This document shows, one piece after another, positions 16,201 through 24,978 of a DNA stretch of 52,572 nt. The position numbers were made by a program, and so were the translations under genes. The stretch covers positions 1-52,572 of the forward strand of contig JBHPDN010000005.1 of assembly GCA_042577865.1 (NCBI GenBank), read 5' to 3'. Under the pieces are notes generated by a model. That model did no database searches, had not been told where the DNA came from, and saw only the letters and a list, made by a program, of their open reading frames with translations. Origin of the DNA: Nanobdellota archaeon. GTDB lineage: Archaea; Nanobdellota; Nanobdellia; Woesearchaeales; JAGLXL01. The first letter of the stretch is position 1, and each line of letters opens with the position of its first letter.

Positions 16201-19200
16201 CGGAAAAAGTGCAGTCCTTGACTATGGTGTGATTAACTCCATAATATATTATAGCACTCACTGTTTGGATTGGGTTGGATCTCTTAGTAAATGCATTGTC
16301 TTCAATTGTAATGCCTGATGAAGACTGGGCAGAGATACAATACTTACCACAATCCACAGTGTTGTTTGTTATCCAAATATCAACCACACTACTGGACATT
16401 CTAACAGATGCCCAGGTATTACTAGAACCCCAAAAAGTATTATTTCTAACAGTGACATTGGAAGTGTAACCCAGATATAATTCTGAGGAACCGCTGCCTT
16501 GGAAAGTATTGTTTTCAATCAAATGGCCACTCATCTGGCTGACAGTAAGGCCAGCATTGCTATTGCTAGAGAATGTGTTGTTTCTGATAGTTTGTCCTGT
16601 ACCAGAATAAGTGGTTCCAGGCCAAAAGTAAGCCCCATTAAAACTATTCCTAAATTGATTGTTTAGAAGCACACCATTCCTGAGTTTGAATAAGTAAGCA
16701 GCATAATAAAAGGTAGTTATGTCACAATTTTGAATAGTAATGTTTTCCTGGGTTGGAACATAAATACCATAACCACTGCTGGCTGCAGTGCCATTGCCAG
16801 TGATAGTGTAACCAGCGCAATCAAAAATAACATTGTCAGCCAAGATGTTAAAGCAAGTGCCATTAGAAGAAATGTTTTGAGTAAGAGTGTAAGTTCCTGG
16901 TGCAGAAATGTTATTACAGGAAGACAATGATGCACCTGCTTGGTAAGTTGTGAAATGGTTAACAAGATAATTTAATTCATTAGTTCCATTATCAAAACTG
17001 ACATTAGTACAAACACTTCCTGGACATTGGACAAAAAGACCATCGTCTTCTGGGTCCCAAAGAGGTTGGTTTTGACTTGACTGCAAACTGTAATGAGTTA
17101 AGTTAGCAGAGATATTGAAGCCTGGTTGTGATGAAGAATTGACAAAGATTGAATTGTTGTCTATTCTAATATCTGAGGTTGGTGAACCAAATAGATTACT
17201 GCCGCTTTCGGCGATATTGGCTAAAAATTCAAGCTGACCAAAAGCAGTATTTTCTAAAGAGAGGTTATTGGCTGAAACAAACTCGTACGAACCCAACACA
17301 GAATCAACAATATCCACCTCAGAAGAGTGGATTCTTATGTCGGCTGTGCCGCTTGAGGAAGCACTACAGTTTGCTAAAAGATTGTTAGTAGTAGAAAGTT
17401 CAAATTGAAAGCCATAGAGATCATTTGAAGTGGCAGTGTTGTTGAGGAGTGTGTTGTTATCACTGTAGTCATCGATTAAGAATCCCCTAACTTTATTTGA
17501 ATTAGCAATGTTATTGATGATAGTGTTGTTAGTAGCTATTAGATAAATTCCTGTTGCGGTGTTGTTGTTGGCGGTGTTGTTGATAATTCTATAATCTGAG
17601 CCACTATAGATATGGATACCATGCTTGTTGTTGTTGGCGGTGTTGTTTATTATTTGAACGTTTTTAGCACTGTGTGAATAAACTCCCCCAAAAGGCAAAA
17701 CTAGTCCGTTGTTGTAAAATTGATTATCTCTAATAACATGGTCTGAACCAGCAGCGAGATAAATACCATTTTGAAAACTAGTAAAGATACAATTTTTGAT
17801 AGTGATGTTATCCATACCACCAGTATATATAGCAAATCCGCTTCCGTTTCCAGTAAGAGCATAACCTTGACAATCAATAGTTATATTATCTGATAGAATA
17901 CTAAAACAAGTACTGTTATCAGAAAGGTTGGCAGTGATGTTTTGATTAAGCGAGTAGGCTCCTGGCGTGGTGATATTAACGCAGGAAGACAAAGAAGAGG
18001 TATTGAATGTAGTGTTAGTTGTACCATAAGTGGTAAAGTGACTAACATTGACTACTAAAGTACCGCTAGAGTAACTAATCTTATTACAAGTAGAGTTAGG
18101 ACATTCTATGTAAGTGCCATTATCTCCATAATCAGCGTAGATCTTGCTGTCGTTAAGAGAACTAAAGTTCTGATTGTAAAATGTCAGAGTGGCATTTTTG
18201 TTAAAAGAAGCCATAGCTGATACATTGACAAAGATTTGGTCAGGATCAAATTGGAAGAGATCTGGGAATCTAACGGAACCACCAGCATTGGATATGTTAG
18301 GGTAGAGTAGTTCAGTAACATTTCTTTCTCCAATAAGGATATTATAAGAATTACCACTAGCACTTGAAAGTGCAAAAGGACAATTGGAATTTTCAATATC
18401 ATAAAATGAAATATTTATATTGCCACTAGTACGGATGTGGTTAGAATGACTGGTGTTACAAAAATTGTTTTCGAAGAGTGTATTGTTAGTACGAGTAATT
18501 TCATAACCATAAATATTACTGGTTCCATCTTCAGAATTATTAATAAGAGAAACATTTTCTGATAGGCCAACACCAAAACCATAAGAAGTAAGAAGGGTTA
18601 TGTTGTTATTGATTAGTTGAGTATTATGACACCAACCATTAAGCCAGATACCACGAATAGAAGCGTTAATGATAGTGTTGTTTAAGACAGTAGAATCACG
18701 TGTGTAAGACAGGATTATGCCTACTTGGCTCATATTTATAATTTGGTTGTTGGCTATGTAAAGATTAGTGGAGTTATAGGACTGCGAATCAGAAATACCA
18801 GATACATAGCCAGTAATATAATTATTGGTAAAATTACTATAAGTGCTGTTACTGATACTAATAGCAAAGGTGGGGGTGGAAGTACCATTGTGATAGAAAG
18901 TATTATTTTCAGCAAGGATGTTTGAACTAGAAATTAAACTGAGACCTGATCCACCAGATAAATCACTTTTTCCAAAAGTATTATTGATGATGCTGATATT
19001 TGTACCTATCACAGATACACCATAACCCCAATTATCAAATTGACAATTCTTTATAGTAAAATTGTTTCTAGGAGTTGGAGATGCCCCATATGATTTAATT
19101 GCTGTACCGGTGCTGCCAGGACCGGTGATAGTATAACCTTGGCAATCTAAAACAGCATTGTTGCTCATGGTGAAGCAAGTAGAATTGGGAGTGCTTATAT

Positions 19201-19399
19201 TTTGAACAAGAACACTCTGGCCGGAAAGTTGGTAATCACAATGAGTGATATTACCTGTACCTCCTGGGAAGGATTGACCAGCGACAGCAAAACCAGTAAT
19301 GCCTGGTTCTAAATCTACGAAAAGGAATACTCCAATGACTACAATAATGACTGCTGCCAGGACAGCGGCAACTGCTAAATCACCTTTTTTGTTTCTCAT
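13214..19399 (-). CDS. Giant (2061 aa) surface protein 'D': class III-like signal, three parallel beta-helix (NosD/pectin-lyase-like) modules, Ig-like domain, pentapeptide rod, Cys-rich stalk, TM, two cytoplasmic GWP domains
   Basis: MRNKKG/DLAV + hydrophobic segment + ITGFAVAG; three repeats of C..I..PG.Y.L.QNI...TCF.I..DN...DC.GY.ITG followed by I.NN repeats; DTVPP..SP..ISGTASDD Ig-like domain; TM IIFLLIIGAVLATYVAF. Confidence 0.9.
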   Translation of the reverse strand: MRNKKGDLAVAAVLAAVIIVVIGVFLFVDLEPGITGFAVAGQSFPGGTGNITHCDYQLSGQSVLVQNISTPNSTCFTMSNNAVLDCQGYTITGPGSTGTAIKSYGASPTPRNNFTIKNCQFDNWGYGVSVIGTNISIINNTFGKSDLSGGSGLSLISSSNILAENNTFYHNGTSTPTFAISISNSTYSNFTNNYITGYVSGISDSQSYNSTNLYIANNQIINMSQVGIILSYTRDSTVLNNTIINASIRGIWLNGWCHNTQLINNNITLLTSYGFGVGLSENVSLINNSEDGTSNIYGYEITRTNNTLFENNFCNTSHSNHIRTSGNINISFYDIENSNCPFALSSASGNSYNILIGERNVTELLYPNISNAGGSVRFPDLFQFDPDQIFVNVSAMASFNKNATLTFYNQNFSSLNDSKIYADYGDNGTYIECPNSTCNKISYSSGTLVVNVSHFTTYGTTNTTFNTSSLSSCVNITTPGAYSLNQNITANLSDNSTCFSILSDNITIDCQGYALTGNGSGFAIYTGGMDNITIKNCIFTSFQNGIYLAAGSDHVIRDNQFYNNGLVLPFGGVYSHSAKNVQIINNTANNNKHGIHIYSGSDYRIINNTANNNTATGIYLIATNNTIINNIANSNKVRGFLIDDYSDNNTLLNNTATSNDLYGFQFELSTTNNLLANCSASSSGTADIRIHSSEVDIVDSVLGSYEFVSANNLSLENTAFGQLEFLANIAESGSNLFGSPTSDIRIDNNSIFVNSSSQPGFNISANLTHYSLQSSQNQPLWDPEDDGLFVQCPGSVCTNVSFDNGTNELNYLVNHFTTYQAGASLSSCNNISAPGTYTLTQNISSNGTCFNILADNVIFDCAGYTITGNGTAASSGYGIYVPTQENITIQNCDITTFYYAAYLFKLRNGVLLNNQFRNSFNGAYFWPGTTYSGTGQTIRNNTFSSNSNAGLTVSQMSGHLIENNTFQGSGSSELYLGYTSNVTVRNNTFWGSSNTWASVRMSSSVVDIWITNNTVDCGKYCISAQSSSGITIEDNAFTKRSNPIQTVSAIIYYGVNHTIVKDCTFSGSYPANYYRDIYYDNTFNSSIVDLVIGRYSLINADLLSLEDTTNGKLSFTAQVNENATTSNTASLFDSSSSDIQINNNSVYVNSSQNGLNVSANITLYNINLTDPEPYVDLNDDTQFEPCTFCNEISYNNSTLVYIFNTTHFTTLKADIDTVPPISLINSPANNSDIGQNNFPINISGTASDDVGLSYIEVSINGTFYNTTGTSNWNYSWTPSSDGEYPIYSRAVDTSNNLETQFETYYVEVYTTSNLTNATKINSINLNSNIFDSIEIDSTIDNVSNINISTFLNVTSSNCDITNSELNHSRCYDSIIINSNGEGWYVDPSNITNVTGSNNNWTNSNISDSYVDDSNVSDSEVRNSNITSTAIVNGSHIFDSNISDSYVDFSTINNSDINNSDIDNSNIFDSDVYDSNVTDSNVTDSTIDDSVIDDSTIDNSTIEQGSNITNSNVTDSTVTNSNVTDSNITNSDIDDSTIEDSEITDSTVDDSTITNSTINNSDVTGSTLNNVTIVNSTVIDAVLNNTNITNDLCYSGTIVYQGTTYTCSVSNPIDLDTIYNPPLPLPPSTSGGGGGGSSACQQRWECTDWEACQPDGMQYRTCTDLSRCEEKNVRLIYGTKPAENQTCTYISTCSDNSQNQDETDVDCGGTVCSPCDQDKTCQQDSDCQTSHCFKNTCLPAEADCLDNSDCPEDHYCQSNVCTLIDLERLPLTIEVTLWEHVYQLAKNTIPVVGDYVSEYLDVMKQIQVDALSIAKVAFNQAYESSLGLTKKIAEAVPFLQANVVSTIIFLLIIGAVLATYVAFKSYVHSTARQTKKKQIIKKQRKKSAEGYSQLLSEFIKNSFLHGFTAKHIKDALVHKGWPKKIVDNYVDQAAKEHRKVTKEAKKTQEKMLLEKQQTQITEEVSHIGVWKTMQRIIRPKSKAPSFSVEIDRARELKDFIDASLNKGYSRRPLEKMLISQGWPIDIVDQYLNSQIQKFKKLRVFKQELKNLEQKLGGLRKWK
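14630..15455 (-). repeat. Pentapeptide S-x-[IV]-x-[DN] repeat region (15-bp period)
   Basis: SNVTD SNVTD STIDD SVIDD STIDN..., dozens of units within gene D. Confidence 0.85.
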
Positions 19400-19577
19400 T
19401 CTTTTTTAGTTTTTTTAGTTCTTCAAAATCGATGTACCATCGATTATTTTCAGGATCAAATTTGAAAAGAACGTTGTATCTTTTTTTATGAGGATCTAAT
19501 TTAAAGAGAAGTGGGAGTGGTAAAGTTGTTTCATAAGAACTACCGCGAATGTAAAGTTTTCTTTTTATCTCAGTCAA
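19380..19577 (-). CDS. Small AbrB/MazE-like DNA-binding protein, 65 aa (TTG start)
   Basis: KRKLYIRGSSYETTLPLPLLF.LD..K.YNV.FK.D....WY..FEE is shared with 10834..11004; AGAGGG upstream; overlaps the start of gene D. Confidence 0.82.
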   Translation of the reverse strand: MTEIKRKLYIRGSSYETTLPLPLLFKLDPHKKRYNVLFKFDPENNRWYIDFEELKKLKKNEKQKR

Positions 19578-19613
19578 ACTACAACCCTCTTTTAATAATT
19601 TAGAAAGAAAGCG

Positions 19614-19638
19614 TTTACTATATTTAAAACTTACTATT
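19614..19638 (-). promoter_or_regulatory. Cassette-2 promoter/operator: TATA box flanked by ATAGTAA direct repeats
   Basis: Minus strand AATAGTAAGTTTTAAATATAGTAAA; 24/25 identical to 11136..11160. Confidence 0.7.
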
Positions 19639-19702
19639 ATTCATAATAAAATTAGTCATAAAAAAAGTATAAATATACTTATATTGAATCAAAAAAAAAT
19701 AC

Positions 19703-21172
19703 TTATTTTTTCTGTATGAATAAGTTAAAGATTTTGGTGTTGAGGTCTTTAATCTTGACTCTGACTTGTTTAGTGGTGTTTCTGTCTCTGATGGTGACAG
19801 CTTTATCTTTTAATGAGTCAAAGTCAATGGTGATACAGTAAGGGATGCCAATTTCATCTGCCCGGGCGTATCGTCTTCCGACACTGCCGGATTCATCGTA
19901 ATGGCAAGTGTAACAACAATTAAGCTCCTGAAAGATTTTCTGAGCCAGTTTGACAAGTTTGGGTTCTTTTTTGACTAAGGGGAAGATACCTAATTTGATG
20001 GGAGCGAGATTGTTTGGGATTTTGATGACGGCGTTGCCTCGTTTTTGATCATCCTGGATGTTAAGGTCAAGCAGAGCATAGACATTACGGTCAACCCCAA
20101 ATGATAATTCCAGGACGTGTGGAATGAATTTCTTATTGTTTTCGTCCAGAGCTTCCATAGATTGCTTGCTGATTTTCTGGTGTCCTCTAAGGTCGTGGTC
20201 TGTTCGGTAATGCAGGCCGCCCATTTCAGTGAAACCCAAATTATTAAGTTCTATTTCTAAGTCAAAATGATATTTGTTGTAAAAGGCTTTTTCCTCGTCA
20301 TTGAGTTGGAATAGCCTGAATTTGTTTTCTGGAATTTTTAGGATCTCTAAATAGAATTTTTGGATTTTGGCCAGATGATAAAGATACCATTCTGGGAAAT
20401 CTTTTTTTAGAGATTTACAAGCTAGTTTTTTTGGTTTGTTTTGTTTTCTGTCTTTGACTAAAAGAACGATGAGTTTGTAATCTTCTACCTCTTTGAAATT
20501 GACTTCAAAATTGTCTGGATTGAAGAAAATTTGGAGTTCGGCTTGGGTAAAGGCTCTTTGTCTTAAGGTGAGATTTCTTGGAGAAATTTCATTTCTAAAG
20601 GCTTTGCCAATGACAGCTAGTCCCAGAGGTAGTTTTTTTCTTTGAAGCTCGTACTGAGTTTTGAAATTGACATAAGGTGACTGAGCTGTCTCTGGTCTGA
20701 GGTAAGCTTGGGAAGTTTTTTGTGTTCCCAATTGAATAGGAAACATCATGTTGGCTAACTGAGTAGGTTGGAAATAAGATTTACATTTAGGACATTTGAG
20801 ATTGTGTTTTTTGATTAATTTATCAAACTGTTCTGGCGTGAGACCTTCAATGTTTTCTTCTTTAGTACTATTAGTGATGAAATGGTCGGCACGGTCATTG
20901 AATTCACATTTGGAGCAGGAAATGATGGGATCAACAAAATGTTCCAGATGGCCTGAGGCCTTGAAAACATTTTTATGCATAATCTGACAGGCTTCAATTT
21001 CGTAATAGTTTTGACTGAGCTTGAGAAAATATTTCCTCCAAAGGTTTTGGAAGTTTTGTTTTAAAGGAGTTCCTAAATGTCCATAATCATAAAATCCTGC
21101 CAAACCACCGTAGATTTCTGAACTGGGGTAGATAAAGCCTTTTTTCTTGAGAAAAGTGGGTAAGTCTTCCAT
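19703..21172 (-). CDS. glyS: Glycine--tRNA ligase (alpha2 type)
   Basis: EIYGGLAGFYDYG, YLRPETAQ, GKAFRNEISP, ELSFGVDR, GSVGRRYARADEIG. Confidence 0.97.
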   Translation of the reverse strand: MEDLPTFLKKKGFIYPSSEIYGGLAGFYDYGHLGTPLKQNFQNLWRKYFLKLSQNYYEIEACQIMHKNVFKASGHLEHFVDPIISCSKCEFNDRADHFITNSTKEENIEGLTPEQFDKLIKKHNLKCPKCKSYFQPTQLANMMFPIQLGTQKTSQAYLRPETAQSPYVNFKTQYELQRKKLPLGLAVIGKAFRNEISPRNLTLRQRAFTQAELQIFFNPDNFEVNFKEVEDYKLIVLLVKDRKQNKPKKLACKSLKKDFPEWYLYHLAKIQKFYLEILKIPENKFRLFQLNDEEKAFYNKYHFDLEIELNNLGFTEMGGLHYRTDHDLRGHQKISKQSMEALDENNKKFIPHVLELSFGVDRNVYALLDLNIQDDQKRGNAVIKIPNNLAPIKLGIFPLVKKEPKLVKLAQKIFQELNCCYTCHYDESGSVGRRYARADEIGIPYCITIDFDSLKDKAVTIRDRNTTKQVRVKIKDLNTKIFNLFIQKK

Positions 21173-21198
21173 TTAGTTGAGGATTATTCAGTTGTTTT

Positions 21199-22407
21199 TT
21201 AATTTTTCCTTAACCAAAGGACTTCTTCTTTACTGAGATTGAATTCATCAATGAATTGTTTTTGGTAATCTTTGTCTTTTTTGAAGATGGTTTGGAAATA
21301 AGGAAGAGTATTTTGAATAGCTTGTTTGGTAGAAGTGTGGGTTTTTTGAGCTATCTTACTGGCGATGGACTGTTTTTTGAGATTTTTTTGTTTGGCTTTC
21401 CAGAGTTTGAGAATTCTTTGGGTTCTTTGATACTTGGTGAAAGTCCGGTATTTTTCTTCTTTGCTCAAGGAAATGCCGGCACTGAGAAGTGTTTTGATGT
21501 AAATGATAAATCTCCAATGCTGTCTTCTTCTGATTCTTCTTCTGAAGATATCAGCTCTGGACATTTTTTCATAAGCTTTAGCTAAATCTTGCGGTTGAGT
21601 ATATTCCCTGGGCAGATTTTCATCAATCCAAAGAAAGAGTTCATCAGTGTTTTCATTGATGAGATCGGCTGATTCTAAGGAAATTTTTGGATCTGTGGTT
21701 TTGAAAATTCTTAAGATGGCATTGAGAATGCTTTCAGTTTGTTTTCTGGGATCTAATTTTTCTAAATCATCTTCAGTTAGGGTTTTATCTTGAGTTAAGG
21801 ATTGTAAATCAATGATGGCTCCTCTTAAATCTCCGTCAACCCTTCTTGCCAGAGTTTTTAGAGCCAGGTCTTCGTATTGAATGTTTTCGTTTTGACAGAT
21901 TTTTTTTAGGACTTTAGCAACTGAGGTGTATTTTAATTTTGAGAACTGAAGCATTTCAGTATAATTTCTTAAAGTGGCAAACTTCTTGTCCCAAGGATTA
22001 TTGGCTGTCAGGATAAGAGGATACTGAGCTGTTTTGATTAGTTCGATGATGGCTTTGACTCCACCACGGTCTTCTCTTCCGAAAATACCATCAACTTCAT
22101 CTACAAGGATGAGTTTAGATTTGAAGAATAAGGATTTTTGTTTTAAGGCTCCGCCAACTATTTGATTGATTTTTTCTTCGTTTCTTAAATCACTGGCGTT
22201 GATTTCTAAGAGTTCTAGATCGAGTTCTTTAGCCAGAGCATGGACTGATGAAGTTTTTCCATTGCCGACATCACCATAAATAGTGAGTGCGTTTTTGGAC
22301 TGCTGTTTGAAATTCTGAACAAAGTTTTTTAGAGCCAGGATTGATTTATTCTGGCCTTGAATTTCATCTAAAGTTTTTGGCTGGTATTTGACTGTCCAGG
22401 GTTTCAT
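21199..22407 (-). CDS. rfcL: Replication factor C large subunit
   Basis: W..KY.PKT, GDVGNGKT, EINASD.R, ILVDEVDG, GDLRGAI, WIDEN. Confidence 0.95.
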   Translation of the reverse strand: MKPWTVKYQPKTLDEIQGQNKSILALKNFVQNFKQQSKNALTIYGDVGNGKTSSVHALAKELDLELLEINASDLRNEEKINQIVGGALKQKSLFFKSKLILVDEVDGIFGREDRGGVKAIIELIKTAQYPLILTANNPWDKKFATLRNYTEMLQFSKLKYTSVAKVLKKICQNENIQYEDLALKTLARRVDGDLRGAIIDLQSLTQDKTLTEDDLEKLDPRKQTESILNAILRIFKTTDPKISLESADLINENTDELFLWIDENLPREYTQPQDLAKAYEKMSRADIFRRRIRRRQHWRFIIYIKTLLSAGISLSKEEKYRTFTKYQRTQRILKLWKAKQKNLKKQSIASKIAQKTHTSTKQAIQNTLPYFQTIFKKDKDYQKQFIDEFNLSKEEVLWLRKN

Positions 22408-22492
22408 GTTAAGTTTTGAGATTTGATGGTTTTTAAAGATTTATGTTCAAAAGAACAACATTTTTAAATAAATCAATTAATTTCTCTTAAGT

Positions 22493-24889
22493 ATGAACTT
22501 GCCTAAAAGGTATGAAGCAAAGGATGTGGAAGCTAAATGGCAGAAGTATTGGGAAGATAAAGATATTTACAAACTTGATACCAAAAGCAAGAAGCCTGTT
22601 TTTGCCATAGATACCCCACCACCGACTGTTTCTGGGAAAATGCATATTGGACATGCCTTTAGTTATGCTCAGCAAGATTTTATTGCTAGATTCAAAAGGA
22701 TGGACCAGCCAGTTTTTTATCCGTTTGGTACAGATGACAATGGCCTGCCAACAGAAAGACTGGTTGAAAAAATAAACAAAGTCAAAAGCAAGAAGATGTC
22801 GAGAGATGATTTTATCAAACTTTGTTTGAAGACTTTGAAAGAAACTACCCCTAATTTTATTGCCGACTGGAAAAAATTAGGAATCTCTGCTGATTACAAG
22901 GTTTATTATTCTACCATTGATGAAAATTCAAGAAAGATATCTCAGAAATCGTTTATTGATTTGTATAAGAAAGGAGAAATCTACAAAAAAGATTTTCCAA
23001 CAGTTTGGTGCCCTGCATGCCAGACAGCAGTGGCTCAAGCTGAACTGGAAGATAAAGAAGAAAATAGTTTGTTCTCAACTTTGAAATTTGAATCTGAAGG
23101 CAAGGATCTGTTGATTGCAACAACCAGACCAGAATTGTTGGGTGCATGTGTGGCTGTTTTTGTTAATCCTCAAGATAAAAGGTATAAAAATTTAATTGGG
23201 AAAAAAGCCAAAGTACCTCTGTTTGATTTTGAAGTTCCAGTGGTTGGGGATGAGTCTGCTCAAATAGACAAGGGAACTGGTGTGTTGATGGTTTGTTCTT
23301 ATGGAGATAAATATGATGTTGATGCTATTAACAAACATAAACTAAAACCGAGACTGATTTTGGGAGCTGATGGAAGAATCAAAGAAGGCGAGTATGAAAA
23401 TTTGAAAGTTAAAGAAGCCAGAAAGAAGACATTGGCCGATCTTAAAGATAAGGATTTGATTAAAGAACAAAAACAAATTGGGCATGCTGTCAATGTGCAT
23501 GACAAATGTGGGACAGAGATTGAGTTTTTGCCAACAGAACAATGGTTTATCAGAATATTAGATAAAAAGAAGAAACTAGTGGCCCAAGGAAAAAAGATAA
23601 AGTGGTATCCTGAATTTATGTTTAAGAGGTACAAAAACTGGGTTGAGGGTTTAGATTGGGATTGGTCGATCTCAAGGGACAGACATTTTGGTATACCCAT
23701 GCCAGTTTGGTACTGTTGTGATGAGATTATTTTAGCTGATGAAAAGGAATTACCAATTGATCCATTAAAAACAAGTAAGAAGTGTCCTAAATGCGGCGAG
23801 AAGGCTAAACCTGAACAAAAAGTTCTGGATACCTGGGCAACATCATCTTTAACTCCACAAATAGGGGTGTCTTTGAGTAAGGGAAAGGTTAAATTACCTT
23901 TATCATTAAGACCACAAGCTCATGATATCATTAGAACTTGGGCTTTTTACACTATAACCAAGTCTTTACTGCATGAAAATAAAATTCCTTGGGAAGATGT
24001 GATGATTTCTGGATTTGTAACACTCAAAGGAGAGAAAATGTCAAAATCCAAGGGTAATGTTATTGATCCTCAAGGAGTGTTGGAGAAATATGGAGCCGAT
24101 GCTTTGAGATTTTGGGCAGCTGCTTCAAAACTGGGGGATGACTTGGATTATCAGGAAAAAGATTTAGTGACAGCCCAAAGATTTGTGACTAAAATATGGA
24201 ATGCTTCCAAGTTTGTGTTTATGCACTTAGAGGACTTTAAAGGGAAGAAACCAAAAAATCTGAAAGTAATGGACAAATGGCTTTTGTCAAAACTTAGCCA
24301 AGTTATCAAAAGTTCTACTGCTTCTTTTGAGAAATATGAGTATTCAAAAACAAGGGCTGAAGTGGAACAATTTTTTTGGCATTCTTTTTGTGATAATTAT
24401 TTAGAGATTGTTAAAGACAGATTGTATAATCCTGATAAACGTGGTGTTGAAGCTCGTGAGAGTGCCCAGTATGGCCTTTACCATGCTCTTTTGAATATTT
24501 TAAAGTTAATTGCACCAATCATGCCTTATATTACTGAAGAGATTTATCATATTTACTTTGCTGAGAAAGAAAAAGAAAAGAGCATCCATATTAGTTCTTG
24601 GCCTCAAGTTGATAAGAAGGAAGTTGATGTTAAGGCGGAGGAGGCTGGAGACCTTGCAGTTGAAGTTATTTCTGCGGTGCGTAAGTTTAAGGCTTCTAAA
24701 AATTTGTCATTGAAGGCTGAGATTTCTGAATTGATTTTAGACAGTGAGATCAAAGACTTTGAAGGGAAGATTAAGTTAGTTGAAGATGACATCAAGGCGG
24801 CAACTCACGCAGCTTTGATTAAATTTAGTAAGGAAGCTGATATTTCTTGTGAAGGGTTTCCAGTTAAAATTGGAGTTAAATTAGCTTAA
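22493..24889 (+). CDS. valS: Valine--tRNA ligase (archaeal type)
   Basis: IDTPPPTVSG.MHIGH, DWSISR, RPQAHDIIRTW, KMSKS. Confidence 0.97.
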   Translation: MNLPKRYEAKDVEAKWQKYWEDKDIYKLDTKSKKPVFAIDTPPPTVSGKMHIGHAFSYAQQDFIARFKRMDQPVFYPFGTDDNGLPTERLVEKINKVKSKKMSRDDFIKLCLKTLKETTPNFIADWKKLGISADYKVYYSTIDENSRKISQKSFIDLYKKGEIYKKDFPTVWCPACQTAVAQAELEDKEENSLFSTLKFESEGKDLLIATTRPELLGACVAVFVNPQDKRYKNLIGKKAKVPLFDFEVPVVGDESAQIDKGTGVLMVCSYGDKYDVDAINKHKLKPRLILGADGRIKEGEYENLKVKEARKKTLADLKDKDLIKEQKQIGHAVNVHDKCGTEIEFLPTEQWFIRILDKKKKLVAQGKKIKWYPEFMFKRYKNWVEGLDWDWSISRDRHFGIPMPVWYCCDEIILADEKELPIDPLKTSKKCPKCGEKAKPEQKVLDTWATSSLTPQIGVSLSKGKVKLPLSLRPQAHDIIRTWAFYTITKSLLHENKIPWEDVMISGFVTLKGEKMSKSKGNVIDPQGVLEKYGADALRFWAAASKLGDDLDYQEKDLVTAQRFVTKIWNASKFVFMHLEDFKGKKPKNLKVMDKWLLSKLSQVIKSSTASFEKYEYSKTRAEVEQFFWHSFCDNYLEIVKDRLYNPDKRGVEARESAQYGLYHALLNILKLIAPIMPYITEEIYHIYFAEKEKEKSIHISSWPQVDKKEVDVKAEEAGDLAVEVISAVRKFKASKNLSLKAEISELILDSEIKDFEGKIKLVEDDIKAATHAALIKFSKEADISCEGFPVKIGVKLA

Positions 24890-24978
24890 AATAGGCTCAA
24901 ATAAAGCAAACATTTTTAAATAAAAAGAGATTTTAAGTTAAAGTTAGTTGAAAATTAAGAATATGCGAGGTGAATCAA

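Noticed and set aside
10834-19577. AbrB-like genes as toxin-antitoxin modules
   Set aside because: No PIN, MazF or RelE-like ORF is adjacent to either copy.
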